A DNA stretch of 59,031 nucleotides, counting the filler. It is 4 parts of 4 records of this genome, joined end to end, with 100 filler letters (N's around TTAATTAATTAA, not from the genome) between each part and the next. Parts side by side here need not be neighbours in the genome. Positions count along the whole stretch, not along the records: positions 37,554 to 49,520 come from SRR20825019_1127; 3 more parts are not named here. One strand, given 5' to 3'. Positions 37,554 through 48,001 of this stretch are shown in pieces. How positions within the stretch are numbered: position 1 is the stretch's first letter; each line of letters opens with the position of its first letter. The position numbers were made by a program, and so were the translations under genes. Below the pieces are notes generated by a model. It was not told the origin of the DNA. It did no database searches and worked only from the letters and a program-made list of their open reading frames with translations.

Positions 37554-38330
37554 TACATGCGGATAGGGATAGACGTAATGCAGGCGCACCCACGCGCCCA
37601 AGCTGCCAAGTTCGCGCGCCAGCGTGGTGATCGGCTGTTCGGTCAACCCGCGCCGCACTTCGCGGTCCCAATCGGTGCCATAGGCGGATGTGTCCTGCGA
37701 AATCACCAGCAGTTCCTGCACGCCTGCCTCGACCAGCTTTTCAGCCTCGCGCAGCACAGCCTTGTGCGGGCGGCTGGCCAGGCGGCCACGCATGTCGGGA
37801 ATGATGCAGAACTTGCACTTGTGATTGCAGCCTTCGGAAATCTTCAGATAGCTGTAGTGTCGGGGCGTCAGGCTGACGCCACTGGCGGGCAGCAGGTCGA
37901 CAAAGGGATCGGGCGACGGCGGCACGGCGGCATGGACCGCGTCCAGCACTTGTTCGTATTGATGCGGACCGGTCACGGCCAGAACCTTGGGATGCGCGCC
38001 GGTGATATATTCGGGCTCTGCCCCCAGACATCCCGTCACGATCACCCGCCCGTTCTCGGACAAGGCCTCACCGATCGCCTCAAGGCTTTCTGCCTTGGCG
38101 CTGTCCAGAAATCCGCAGGTGTTCACGATCACTGCATCCGCGCCGGAATAGTCGGGCGAAATTCCGTATCCTTCGGCCCGCAGCCGCGTGAGAATACGCT
38201 CGGAATCCACCAACGCCTTGGGGCAGCCCAGACTGACCATGCCGATGGACGGCTGGCCGGGGCGTGTCTTGCCATCCAGCCGGGCGGCGGGGGCGATGTC
38301 GGGGCGCAGATTGGGTGGGTTTGTGCTCAT
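37554..38330 (-). CDS. rimO: Ribosomal protein S12 methylthiotransferase (5' part; truncated by the contig end)
   Basis: [58 protein letters not shown]. Confidence 0.95.
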
Positions 38331-38435
38331 GATCGCTCCTTTAGTGCAACCGGTGCGCGGCGGAAAGGGTTCTTGATTGAGAATGGGCAGCAAGACGCGT
38401 AGCAATCGGATGTGGTTTAGCGGAGGATATCTAGC

Positions 38436-40388
38436 ATGAAATGGATCGGGCGTCTGATCGGATTGATCGTTTTGATCGTGGTTGTGGCCGGTGTGTCGCT
38501 GTTTTTCCTGCCTGCCGACCGGATTGCACGCATCGCCGCCGACCAGATCCGCAATGCTACAGGGCGCGACGTGACGATTTCGGGCGATGTGTCGCTGTCG
38601 ATCTGGCCGGTGCTGGGGGCATCCGTCGGCAGCATCGAGATCGGCAACGCCAAATGGTCTGAACAGGGACCGATGCTGACCGCGCAAAACGCCGCCATCG
38701 GGGTGGATGCCGCGGCCCTGCTGTCGGGCGAGATCCGTATCACCAACATTGCCGCCACCAGCCCCACGATCCGGCTGGAACAACGCAAGGATGGCCGCGC
38801 CAGCTGGCAGTTCACCGATGCCTCGGGGGCTGCGACGATCGAAACGCAAACCTCGCCCGACACGGCACCGCGCCCGTTCTCGATCCAGAAGATGAACATC
38901 ACCGACGCCACGCTGATCTATGACGCCGAAGGCGCGGATCTGGTGCAATACGACGGCGTTGACCTGGCGCTGGACTGGCCCGAGCGTGCAGGCTCTGCCG
39001 ACATCCGGGCCACCGTTCGCCCCGCAGGCGAGGCGGTAAAGGTCAACGCCACAATCGGCGCTTTCGCCGGGTTCCTTGCAGGGCAGGTGCAACCGGTAAC
39101 GCTGCAACTGAGCGCAGGCAAAGGCACGGTTTCGCTCGACGGACGTGCCAGCACGGCGGGCGAGGTTGCGGGCAAGCTGACGCTTGACGTGCCGGACACA
39201 AGCGCATTCATGCAGGCGCTTGGCGCGGGCGCGGTAGACCTGCCGCAAGGGCTGGGTCACAGCATCGACATGACGTCCGACGTCACGCTGACCAAGGACC
39301 GACGCCTCTCCCTGCGAGAGCTTGTTGCCGACCTTGGCGGGAACAGGCTGACGGGCGCGGCAGATATTAGTCTGAATGGTACGCCGCAGGTGAACGCACA
39401 ACTGAACGCGGGGGCGCTGGACCTGACCGGCGTGACCGGCACGGGCGAGAACAGCCCCGGTGGCAGCTCTGACAGCGCCTCTGACAGCGCCGCAACCGGC
39501 TGGCCCAAGGACCGGGTTGACGCCTCGGGCCTTGCCGCATTCAACGGCGAGATTGCACTGCGCGCCAGTTCCGTCGATCTGGGCAGCTTCAAACTGGGAG
39601 CCACCCGCGCCCTGTTGACCAATGACAATTCCCGCGCCGTCTTCGATCTGCGCGAGGTCGATGCCTACGAGGGCACGATCACCGGCCAGTTCATCATGAA
39701 CAACCGATCGGGCCTATCGGTGGGTGGCAAGCTTTTTGCGAACGGCATCTCGATGCAACCCTTGTTGAACGATGCGTTGGGGTTGACGCGTCTGACCGGC
39801 GGCGCTGATGCCGAACTGAACTTTCTGGGCTCCGGCAATACGGTCGATGCGATCATGAAATCGCTGTCAGGGTCGGGGGCTATCGCCATCGGCAAAGGCA
39901 CCATTCAGGGGATCGACCTGGACAAGCTGATGCGCTCGGGCGCCACGGGCAGCGGCACGACTGTGTTTGACAGCCTGGGGGCCACGTTCAACATGGAAGC
40001 AGGCGACCTCCGCAACGACGACCTGCTCTTCACCCTTGCCAGTTATCAGGCGCGTGGCAAGGGGCGCATCGGGTTGGGCCAGCAGGACATGGATTACACG
40101 TTCACACCCATTGCGCTGAACGCCAACGAAGGCAACGGCATCGCCATCCCCGTGCGCATCACAGGGCCGTGGTCCAACCTGCGCATCATCCCCGACATCG
40201 AGGCCGCGATTGACCTGAACCTGGGCGCGAAAAAGGAAGAGCTGAAGGACGCCGCCGAGGCCAAGCTGAAAGCGGCGGTCGAGGAGAAGCTGGGCGTGAA
40301 AGCCGAGGATGGTCAAAGCGTCGAAGATGCGGCCAAGGCCAAAGCGAAGGAAAAGATCGCCAAGGAACTGCTGAAGATATTTAAGTAG
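38436..40388 (+). CDS. AsmA-family protein
   Basis: N-terminal TM then [17 protein letters not shown]; beta-rich repeats; [28 protein letters not shown]. Confidence 0.85.
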   Translation: MKWIGRLIGLIVLIVVVAGVSLFFLPADRIARIAADQIRNATGRDVTISGDVSLSIWPVLGASVGSIEIGNAKWSEQGPMLTAQNAAIGVDAAALLSGEIRITNIAATSPTIRLEQRKDGRASWQFTDASGAATIETQTSPDTAPRPFSIQKMNITDATLIYDAEGADLVQYDGVDLALDWPERAGSADIRATVRPAGEAVKVNATIGAFAGFLAGQVQPVTLQLSAGKGTVSLDGRASTAGEVAGKLTLDVPDTSAFMQALGAGAVDLPQGLGHSIDMTSDVTLTKDRRLSLRELVADLGGNRLTGAADISLNGTPQVNAQLNAGALDLTGVTGTGENSPGGSSDSASDSAATGWPKDRVDASGLAAFNGEIALRASSVDLGSFKLGATRALLTNDNSRAVFDLREVDAYEGTITGQFIMNNRSGLSVGGKLFANGISMQPLLNDALGLTRLTGGADAELNFLGSGNTVDAIMKSLSGSGAIAIGKGTIQGIDLDKLMRSGATGSGTTVFDSLGATFNMEAGDLRNDDLLFTLASYQARGKGRIGLGQQDMDYTFTPIALNANEGNGIAIPVRITGPWSNLRIIPDIEAAIDLNLGAKKEELKDAAEAKLKAAVEEKLGVKAEDGQSVEDAAKAKAKEKIAKELLKIFK

Positions 40389-40394
40389 TCACAG

Positions 40395-40497
40395 GTTTCT
40401 TTTGGCCACAAATATCCCCGCCGGAGGCTTGAAATCTTCTGGTGCTCCAGAAGAATTTTAATGCCTCCGGCGGGGATATTTCCCGCCAAAAGAAAGC
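40395..40497. repeat. ~100-bp imperfect palindrome (REP/MITE-like; probable bidirectional terminator) between convergent asmA-like and kdsA genes
   Basis: TTTCTTTTGGC..AAATATCCCCGCCGGAGGC..CTTCTGG / CCAGAAG..GCCTCCGGCGGGGATATTT..GCCAAAAGAAA. Confidence 0.8.
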
Positions 40498-40500
40498 CGC

Positions 40501-41334
40501 TTACAGCGTGACCGGATTGGCTTTGGCCACCGCGTCCAGTTGCATCAGGACGTCGATCAGCTTGGGCATGTCGTCGAGGTAAATCATGTTCGGCCCGTCG
40601 CTGGGCGCGTTGTCAGGGTCATCGTGGGTTTCAATGAACACTGCCGCCACGCCCAAGGCGACAGCGGCGCGGGCCATGACGGGCGCAAACTCGCGCTGGC
40701 CGCCGCTTGATCCGCCCTGACCACCAGGTTGTTGCACCGAATGGGTCGCATCCATCACCACAGGGTAACCCGTCTGTGCCATCTGCGGCAGGCTGCGCAT
40801 GTCAGCCACAAGGGCATTGTAGCCGAAGGTCGTGCCGCGTTCGGTCAGCAGGATGCGTTTGTTGCCGGTGCTTTCGATCTTGGTCACGATGTTGGGCATT
40901 TCCCACGGGGCCAGGAACTGACCCTTCTTGACGTTGATCGCGGCACCTGTGTTGCCTGCGGCCAGCAGCATGTCGGTCTGGCGGCACAGGAAGGCGGGGA
41001 TTTGCAGGATGTCGGCCACTTCGGCAGCAATCGCGCACTGGCTTTCGGAATGCACATCGGTCAACACCGGCACGCCGATGGCCTTGCCCACCGATTGCAG
41101 CGCCTTCAGGCCAGCGTCGATGCCCATGCCGCGCACGCCGGACAGCGAGGTGCGGTTGGCCTTGTCGTAGGACGCCTTGAACACATACTGCGCACCGGCG
41201 GCGTCGCAGGCTTCTTTCATCTTGCCTGCGATCATCTGCGCGTGGTCGACGCTTTCCAACTGGCAGGGGCCAGCGATCAGGGTCAGCGGACGGTCATTGC
41301 CGATGGTCAGATCAGCGACGTTTACATGGGTCAT
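40501..41334 (-). CDS. kdsA: 3-deoxy-8-phosphooctulonate (KDO8P) synthase, metal-dependent type
   Basis: IAGPCQLES, KASYDKANRTS, QIPAFLCRQT, NVKKGQF, DATHSVQQPG, APSDG. Confidence 0.97.
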   Translation of the reverse strand: MTHVNVADLTIGNDRPLTLIAGPCQLESVDHAQMIAGKMKEACDAAGAQYVFKASYDKANRTSLSGVRGMGIDAGLKALQSVGKAIGVPVLTDVHSESQCAIAAEVADILQIPAFLCRQTDMLLAAGNTGAAINVKKGQFLAPWEMPNIVTKIESTGNKRILLTERGTTFGYNALVADMRSLPQMAQTGYPVVMDATHSVQQPGGQGGSSGGQREFAPVMARAAVALGVAAVFIETHDDPDNAPSDGPNMIYLDDMPKLIDVLMQLDAVAKANPVTL

Positions 41335-43130
41335 GATGTTACCTGTTCCCGAAGAATGGACGCGGTGAGCGAGATCATCAGGTAGATGCCTGCGAAAATC
41401 AGGAATGCCAAGACCGTGTTCTCGAACTTGCGCGGATAGGTCGGTTCTTGGCTTGCCACCGGTTGCACGGCCACGGTCAGATAGCGCACCTGCCGCGAGG
41501 CTTCGACGCGGCTTTGCTCCATCTGTTGTAGGGCCGATTGCAGCATCATGTCGCGGCTGGCAAGGTCGGCCTGCGCCAGTTGCAGGTTGACTGCCATCTG
41601 TGCCAGCGAGTTTTCACCCTCTGAGGCGTCGTTCATGCGTTGGTTCAGCTTTGCCAGCTGGTCTTTCAGGCGACGAATGTCGCCCTTGACGCCGTCGAGC
41701 CTTGCCTGGTTGGGGCGCGCGTTGTCTTCGAGCGCGGCCAGTTCCAGCTCTTTTTCCAGCAGCAGGGTTTCATAGTTGGTGATCTGCGTGCGCAAGGCCG
41801 CAATCACCGCTTGCGGGTCCAGCGTGCTGCTTTCCACCTGCAACTTGACCAGCGCCTCCTGTGCGGCGCGCCGTTCGGCTTCGGCTTTCTCGAAACCCTC
41901 GCGGGCGTCTTTCATCTGGTCTTCGCGTTTTTGCTGGCTCAGGTTGTTGACCCGCTGTTCGGCATAGCTGATCAGCCGTCGCGCGAATTCCGCCGACACT
42001 TCCGGCTCGGCGGCGACCACTTCCAGACGGATCATGCCCTCAGTCGGATCATAGCCGATTTTTACGTTTTTCTTGTATATCTTATAGGCTTCTTCATTGG
42101 TCGGGTCGGCGTTCAGACGCTGGATCGGGTCGATCCAGTCCTGGGTGAAATGCGCCTTGAAGCCCAGGTCGTCATCCAGCCGCAGCATCGCATCCTTGGA
42201 CTGCAGGTAGCCCTGCGTCGCGATGGCGTCCGAGTTGGTGGCAAACTGGGTTGGCAACAGCCCACCCAAGGGGCCGGCACCGCCGCTGCCTTCGTTCTGG
42301 ATGATCAGAAAGTCGGCCTTGGTCGCGTACATCGGGGTGGCGATCTGGTAGAAATACCAACCGGCCAGGAATGTGGGCAGAGCGACAAAGAACGCCAGCC
42401 GCACCAGCAAAAGGCCCAGCTTCTTGCGGCGACGTTTGCCGATGTCGCGCTGGATCTGCGAGATTTCGCGCACCCGCTTTTCCGTCGGGCTCAGCTCGGT
42501 CGAGGGCAGGTTCATGCGGCCCGCAGGCACGGTTTGTGGCAACTGGTTGCGGTTCTGGTCAGTGCGCGCGGGCAGGTTTTCAAAGCCGTCCGGCTCGCCC
42601 GGTTGGCGGCCGCCGTCGCTGGGCACCACAAGATCCAGCATGTTCGACCGCTGGAACGGGTCAATGCCTTCGGCGCGCAGCAGGCGCACCGCGTCAAAGT
42701 CCGAGGTGGGCGCAAGTCCATGCTTTTGCGCCACGCGCCGCGCCATGCGCAGCTGGCGGCCTGTCAGGCCTTCGTGGCGGATCGCGTCCATGTCGTTTTC
42801 GCCTGCGACCTCATTGGCTGAAGACACTTCGCCCTGACGCGGTTGCGGCTGTTCCGGGCGCGCAGCGGCCTGCGGCTCTTGTGGTGGCTGCGGACGCGGC
42901 TGTTGCGGCGGTGCTGACTGCTGTGCAGGGGCCGGGCGCTCTGGCGCAGCAGAAGGGCGGGGCGTTGGAGAAGACGCAGCAACCGTCGGGCGCGGAGTGG
43001 CGGCAGCCGAGGGATCGCCAACAGGGCGCAGCGGCGCAGAGGCGGCCGGCGTGGCGCTTTCAGATGTGCCACTCAACTGCGGCGTTGTCCGCTTGATGCG
43101 GAACTTTCTAGCCTTTGGTTTGGTAGTCAT
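41331..43130 (-). CDS. Capsular polysaccharide export inner-membrane protein (KpsE-like) with long Pro/Ala/Gln-rich N-terminus
   Basis: FFVALPTFLAGWYFYQIATPMYAT, YLQSKDAM, coiled coil, RQVRYL..P..P, C-terminal TM. Confidence 0.85.
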   Translation of the reverse strand: MTTKPKARKFRIKRTTPQLSGTSESATPAASAPLRPVGDPSAAATPRPTVAASSPTPRPSAAPERPAPAQQSAPPQQPRPQPPQEPQAAARPEQPQPRQGEVSSANEVAGENDMDAIRHEGLTGRQLRMARRVAQKHGLAPTSDFDAVRLLRAEGIDPFQRSNMLDLVVPSDGGRQPGEPDGFENLPARTDQNRNQLPQTVPAGRMNLPSTELSPTEKRVREISQIQRDIGKRRRKKLGLLLVRLAFFVALPTFLAGWYFYQIATPMYATKADFLIIQNEGSGGAGPLGGLLPTQFATNSDAIATQGYLQSKDAMLRLDDDLGFKAHFTQDWIDPIQRLNADPTNEEAYKIYKKNVKIGYDPTEGMIRLEVVAAEPEVSAEFARRLISYAEQRVNNLSQQKREDQMKDAREGFEKAEAERRAAQEALVKLQVESSTLDPQAVIAALRTQITNYETLLLEKELELAALEDNARPNQARLDGVKGDIRRLKDQLAKLNQRMNDASEGENSLAQMAVNLQLAQADLASRDMMLQSALQQMEQSRVEASRQVRYLTVAVQPVASQEPTYPRKFENTVLAFLIFAGIYLMISLTASILREQVTS

Positions 43131-43767
43131 AAAGCCTTTTCGCCTCTTCCAGCGTATCGAACATATGCAATTGTCCATCCAGCAGCACGGCGGCGGAACG
43201 GGCGAATTTCTCTAGTGTCTGTGCCTGGTGGGACACGATAATGATCGTCGTGGTGCGCAGCCGTTCTTCCAGTATCTGGCCCGCCTTCCGGTTGAACTCG
43301 ACATCGGTGGACCCCGGCATACCTTCGTCGATCAGATAGATATCAAAGTCCAGTGCCAGCATCAGTGCAAATGAAAACCGTCCGCGCATACCGGACGAAT
43401 ATGTGCCCAGCGGCTGGTCGAAATATTCACCCAGGTTGCACAGCCAGCGGCAGAAGCTTTCGACATAATCCGGGTCCAGCCCGTACAGCCGCGCGATATA
43501 GCGCGCGTTTTCCATTGCCGACACCTTTGGCACGACACCGCCCATGAAACCCAGCGGAAACGAGATGTTGCAGCCTCGGCGGATTTCCCCTTCGTCGGGT
43601 TTTTCCAGCCCGGCCATCATGTTGATCAGCGTTGTCTTGCCCGTGCCGTTCGGCGCGAGAATGCCCAGCGAGTTGCCCAGGTCGACGCGAAACGACACAC
43701 GGTCCAGGATCACCTTGCGATGACTGCCCGTCCAGAAGGACTTGCTGACATTTTCAAACTCTAGCAT
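43108..43767 (-). CDS. Capsular polysaccharide export ABC ATP-binding protein (KpsT-like)
   Basis: APNGTGKTT, ISFPLGFMGG, TYSSGMRGR, YLIDE. Confidence 0.9.
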   Translation of the reverse strand: MLEFENVSKSFWTGSHRKVILDRVSFRVDLGNSLGILAPNGTGKTTLINMMAGLEKPDEGEIRRGCNISFPLGFMGGVVPKVSAMENARYIARLYGLDPDYVESFCRWLCNLGEYFDQPLGTYSSGMRGRFSFALMLALDFDIYLIDEGMPGSTDVEFNRKAGQILEERLRTTTIIIVSHQAQTLEKFARSAAVLLDGQLHMFDTLEEAKRLYDYQTKG

Positions 43768-43978
43768 CGCCTGCTCCGGTCACGTGGCTCCGGCTGGAGA
43801 ACGTCCCCTTATTTGGTCACGCCCATCCCCCATTAGCAGAGGGTTGAGGACGATTTAACCACAGATTTTGGCCACATTATGTCGTGAAGCATAACAAAAG
43901 TATACTTCAAGAGTGGATTGTCCCTTCGCCTGCAACCCGATCAGGGGCGACCTTGCGACGCCTGCGAAGGGAGTGAAC

Positions 43979-45244
43979 TTACATCGCTTGTTTCTGAACC
44001 CGCAGCAGTTTGCCTGCCATGATGCTGATGATCGCGGCGGCAAAGCTGAACAGCGCTCCCATTTTGGCAGCGTCCTGCACAGGGCCTGCGTCAAATGCCA
44101 CGGCGGCAATGAACAGCGATACGGTAAAGCCGATGGCTGCGACACAGCCGACCACCAGCAGGTCAATGATGCGCATCCCTTCGGGAATGCCCAGACCCAG
44201 CGGCCGCGCGGCGATCCAACCGAACAGGAAGATCCCCGCAGGTTTGCCCAGGATCAGGCCGAACAGCACCAGCCAGGTGGCCTCGCCGATCGAGCCGAAC
44301 TCGACGCCCGCGTTCAGCAGGCCGAAGAAGAACAGGATGATCTCGACGGGATGTTTCAGCGCATGTTCCATCTGGTTGAGCAGGTCGCTCAGATACTGCT
44401 CGGCCTCGGAGAACAGCCCGAAGGCGCGGTCGGCATGTGGGATGGTCGGCACGATGGGCAGCAGACCAAGCGCGGGGTGCAGACCCGCGGCCATAAACCC
44501 GTACCAGCTTGCGCAGCCCGCCAGCAGATACGGGATAAAGGTCAGCTTTGTGCGCACCCACGTCGACACCGGGCGGTCCTGATTGCCGCGATCCATCTTG
44601 CGGGGCAGCCAGTTGAACAGCAAGAACACCCCAACCGCAGCTGCCAGCGACAGCAGCAGCCATTCGGGGGCCAGCTCGCCGCTGGGATAGAACACTGCCA
44701 GAATGATCAGCCCTGCCGCATCGTCGGCAATGGCCAGCAGCAGCAAAAAGCGCACCGCAGGGTGGCCTGCCCCAAAGACGATGCGCCCGACCAGGTAGCT
44801 GAACGCGATGTCGGTGGCGGTGGGAATGGCCCAGCCGTCGGCCACCGCGTCAAAGGTGGACGATCCGATGATCGTTGCCAGACCCAGATACACGGTGACC
44901 GGCCCCAGCATCCCGCCCAGTGTTGCAATCAGGGGCGTTGCCGCCTTTTTCCCGCGCAGCGATCCGTTTCGCAGGATCACCGCTTCCCACACTTCCTTGG
45001 CTGCGATCGCAAAGAACAGCGCCATCAGCAGATCGTTCACAAGATAGTGCAGGGTCAGGGTGCGATAGGCTTCGTGGCTGTCCGCTGCAGGGTGCAGGTG
45101 GCCGATGGGCGCGTGGTCCCACAGTTCGAGGTGGATAAAGTGGTGATAGCTGTCCGCGTCGATGTTGGCCCAAACCAGCGCGATGAGCGCGCCGAAAATC
45201 AACAACAGTGAATAGTTGGTCAGAAAACTCCAGACGCGGTACAT
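43979..45244 (-). CDS. nhaA: Na+/H+ antiporter NhaA
   Basis: VNDLLMALFF, GWAIPTATDIAF, LAIADD, LGKPAGI, IGFTVSLFIA. Confidence 0.93.
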   Translation of the reverse strand: MYRVWSFLTNYSLLLIFGALIALVWANIDADSYHHFIHLELWDHAPIGHLHPAADSHEAYRTLTLHYLVNDLLMALFFAIAAKEVWEAVILRNGSLRGKKAATPLIATLGGMLGPVTVYLGLATIIGSSTFDAVADGWAIPTATDIAFSYLVGRIVFGAGHPAVRFLLLLAIADDAAGLIILAVFYPSGELAPEWLLLSLAAAVGVFLLFNWLPRKMDRGNQDRPVSTWVRTKLTFIPYLLAGCASWYGFMAAGLHPALGLLPIVPTIPHADRAFGLFSEAEQYLSDLLNQMEHALKHPVEIILFFFGLLNAGVEFGSIGEATWLVLFGLILGKPAGIFLFGWIAARPLGLGIPEGMRIIDLLVVGCVAAIGFTVSLFIAAVAFDAGPVQDAAKMGALFSFAAAIISIMAGKLLRVQKQAM

Positions 45245-45360
45245 GAGACCTCCACCACCAAGTTTATCGCAATGCCTTAACCGATTGTAAATTTGTGGGC
45301 AATGCGAGGGCGTTGATCAGGGGGCGGGCTCCATCCACCCTGCGCGGTGGCGCTTTGGAT

Positions 45361-45846
45361 TTAGGCTGCAAGGGTCTGTCGCAGATGTTTCAACATTCCG
45401 CGCACGATCCATTTGTGGGCGATGCCCACAGGGACCATGTAAAGCGTTCCGAATAGGTTATGCACCCGCACCGACGAGGTCACGGCGACGCTGTGTCCCT
45501 CGGTCGAGATGCAGGTCATCACATCAAGATGGCGGTCGCGTTCTGTCAGCACCATGGTGTGCTCATCGACATATTCCACAAGGAAGAAATCCAGCTTGTC
45601 GCCTGCGACCACCTGTTGGGTCTGTCGGCCGCTGAAGCCGCCAATCTTTTTGACGCCGAACCATGACGAAACCGTGTCGCGCACCTGAAAGGCAAGCTGC
45701 AACAGCGGCTGTGGCTCTGTCATGATGATGTTCCACGCCTCAAGGGGGGTGATTTCGCGGGCCACCTCGACGCTTTGCGTGTCGAAATAACTTAGGTCAG
45801 AGACCGGCTCAAGAATGCGGATGTTGCTGTCGGGTAGGCTGATCAT
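45361..45846 (-). CDS. DUF2867-like protein
   Basis: YFD..RDTVSSWFGVK..DRHLD..VRVHNLFGTLYMVPVGIAHKWIVRGML. Confidence 0.7.
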   Translation of the reverse strand: MISLPDSNIRILEPVSDLSYFDTQSVEVAREITPLEAWNIIMTEPQPLLQLAFQVRDTVSSWFGVKKIGGFSGRQTQQVVAGDKLDFFLVEYVDEHTMVLTERDRHLDVMTCISTEGHSVAVTSSVRVHNLFGTLYMVPVGIAHKWIVRGMLKHLRQTLAA

Positions 45847-45912
45847 GCATCAACCTACCCGATTGGTTTTGGCCTGCGGTATGCGCCAGATGCGCACATA
45901 GGCGGGATGGAA

Positions 45913-46956
45913 TTAGGCCACGGCCTGCCAGATGACTCCGGCCAGCATCGCGCCTGTGACGGCAAAGCCAAGATAGGCCGCAAAGACCCGTGGTTTGACC
46001 AGCGCCCAGACCGCAATCGCCGCGGGAATGCAGCTGACCCCGCCCGCAATCACGAACGACATCGCCGCCCCTTGCGTCATGCCCTGCGCCAGCAGCGCAT
46101 CGACCAGCGGCACGGCGGCATAGCCGTTCAGGTAGGCCGGTGCGCCGACCAATGCACCCAGCAGGATCGGCATCAGTCCGGTACCACCCAACAGACCCGC
46201 GATCCATTCCGCAGGGACATAGTGCAGCATCAGCGCCTCGATCACATAGGCCAGCGTCAGCCATTTCAGCAAGAACAGCCCGTTCTCCAGCGCCGCCTCG
46301 CGGAACGTGTCGCGGCGCGCGTCTTCGGTCCAGAATTTCCACACCGGCGCGCCAGAGAACGGCTTTTTCACGCCACAGCAGCCACCCACCGCAGGCCGTT
46401 CGCGCAGCGGCTCGGCAAAGATCGGCGAGCGTGCCAGCGCCCAAGTGCCAAAGCCGCCCATCAACCCCAATCCCACCGCCGCCAATGTCTTGGCCATGGC
46501 GAATTCAAACCCCAGCGTGCCCGAAGTGATGGCAAACATCGCAGGGTCCATTAGCGGCGATGCCAGCCAGAACGCCATCACCGCAGCCAGCGGTGCACCA
46601 ACGGCCAGCAGTGCTGCGATGAACGGGATCACCTGACAGCTGCAAAACGGCGACAGCCCGCCCAGCAGGGCCGCCATCACGATCATCCGCGCGGTGTTGC
46701 CTTCGAAGGCTTTGGCCAGCAGGGTTTCTGCCCCGCTGGCCTTCAGATAGGCCACCGCCAGCACGGCAAACAGGATGAACGGCGCTGTGCCCAGCAAGGC
46801 TTGGGCCGCAAAGATCACGGTCGGGCCGAATTGCGGCCAGTCCACAAGCGCCACCAGAGCCAGCAGCAGCAGGGTAGCCCCCCATGCGCCGCGGAATTTT
46901 TGCAGCCAACGGCGCGCTGGATGTGGCGCGGTGGTGGTTTGGGTCAGATCAGCCAT
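45913..46956 (-). CDS. ArsP-like (DUF318) permease
   Basis: LSPFCSCQVIP, FWLASPLMDP, GAPAYLNG, GGVSCIPA; coupled to arsR. Confidence 0.85.
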   Translation of the reverse strand: MADLTQTTTAPHPARRWLQKFRGAWGATLLLLALVALVDWPQFGPTVIFAAQALLGTAPFILFAVLAVAYLKASGAETLLAKAFEGNTARMIVMAALLGGLSPFCSCQVIPFIAALLAVGAPLAAVMAFWLASPLMDPAMFAITSGTLGFEFAMAKTLAAVGLGLMGGFGTWALARSPIFAEPLRERPAVGGCCGVKKPFSGAPVWKFWTEDARRDTFREAALENGLFLLKWLTLAYVIEALMLHYVPAEWIAGLLGGTGLMPILLGALVGAPAYLNGYAAVPLVDALLAQGMTQGAAMSFVIAGGVSCIPAAIAVWALVKPRVFAAYLGFAVTGAMLAGVIWQAVA

Positions 46957-47308
46957 GGTCGTGGTCCTTGGTCAGGGTTGCACAATCCGCGCAACATTCA
47001 TTCAGTAGAAATTCCGACAGATGCCGCACGGTGTCATAAGCAACGGCGGCGCAGATGATCGACCGGCCCTGACGCGCCTGCGTCACCAGACCGGCCTGGG
47101 CCAGCACCTTGACGTGATGGGTCAGCGTGCTGCCGGTCACGCCCGTGCGCTCGCCCAATGTGCCGATGCTCAACCCCTCGGGCCCGGCCCGCACCAGCGT
47201 GCGCAGCACGCTCAGGCGTTGCTCGGACCCCAGCGCGGCAAAGCTGCTGGCGGCCAGCGTCAGGTCCAGATCATCGGTGAGGGCGGGGATATGTGATTCT
47301 ATTTTCAT
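46949..47308 (-). CDS. arsR: ArsR/SmtB-family regulator with C-terminal CCxxC
   Basis: FAALGSEQRLSVLRTLVRAGPEG..STLTHHVKVL..GLV..RQGRSIIC..FLLNECCADC. Confidence 0.88.
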   Translation of the reverse strand: MKIESHIPALTDDLDLTLAASSFAALGSEQRLSVLRTLVRAGPEGLSIGTLGERTGVTGSTLTHHVKVLAQAGLVTQARQGRSIICAAVAYDTVRHLSEFLLNECCADCATLTKDHDHG

Positions 47309-47369
47309 ATTTCTAGAATTATAGAAATGTTTTCGCTCTGCCAATCTTTATTTCGATGGATCTCGAAAT
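47309..47369. promoter_or_regulatory. Two tandem putative ArsR operators ATTTC(T/G)A-N6-T(A/C)GAAAT
   Basis: ATTTCTA-GAATTA-TAGAAAT (47309-47328) and ATTTCGA-TGGATC-TCGAAAT (47350-47369), both perfect inverted repeats. Confidence 0.75.
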
Positions 47370-47419
47370 GACGGCGCGGACGGCTTGCCCGCGGGCACTT
47401 ACCGCCTATACCAATCCTC

Positions 47420-48001
47420 ATGGCCATCACTGATGACATCGCGGCTTGCACGATCTGTGCCGGGCGGTTTGCCGCCACCGCCACCGGTCACCACCCCCGT
47501 CCGGTGGTCTGGTTCGGCGTGGGCGCGCGCATCCTTGTGGCGGGACAGGCACCGGGGGCGCGGGTCCATGCTTCGGGCAAGCCATTCGACGACCCTTCGG
47601 GCGACCGGTTGCGCGACTGGATGGGGATCGACCGTGCCACGTTCTACGACATGACGCGTATCGCCGTTCTGCCCATGGCCTTCTGTTTTCCGGGCTACAA
47701 CGCGCAAGGGGCCGACCTGCCGCCGCCGCCGGTCTGCCACAAGACGTGGCGGGCTGGTGCAATGGAGCACATAGGCCCCGTGCCGCTGACCCTGCTGATC
47801 GGCGGCTATGCGCAGAAATGGCACCTTGGCACGCGCACGTCCGTCACGGACACGGTTGCAGACTGGCGGTCCCATGCGCCCGCCGTCTTTCCCCTGCCAC
47901 ATCCGTCGTGGCGCAACACCGGCTGGCTGCGCAAAAATCCGTGGTTTGAAACCGACCTCTTGCCAGCGCTACGTGAAGCGGTCCAAAAGGCGCTGACATG
48001 A
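47420..48001 (+). CDS. Uracil-DNA glycosylase-like family protein
   Basis: CTIC, GQAPG, FDDPSGDRLRDW, PMAFCFPG, DLPP..C, LPHPSWRN. Confidence 0.88.
   Translation: MAITDDIAACTICAGRFAATATGHHPRPVVWFGVGARILVAGQAPGARVHASGKPFDDPSGDRLRDWMGIDRATFYDMTRIAVLPMAFCFPGYNAQGADLPPPPVCHKTWRAGAMEHIGPVPLTLLIGGYAQKWHLGTRTSVTDTVADWRSHAPAVFPLPHPSWRNTGWLRKNPWFETDLLPALREAVQKALT

Noticed and set aside
37506-39401. 631-aa RimO with a long N-terminal extension
   Set aside because: The extension is the antisense of asmA; the true start is 38330 with a GGAG RBS
45277-45291. CtrA box (TTAA-N7-TAAA) upstream of nhaA
   Set aside because: Imperfect single match in AT-rich promoter DNA; no supporting evidence
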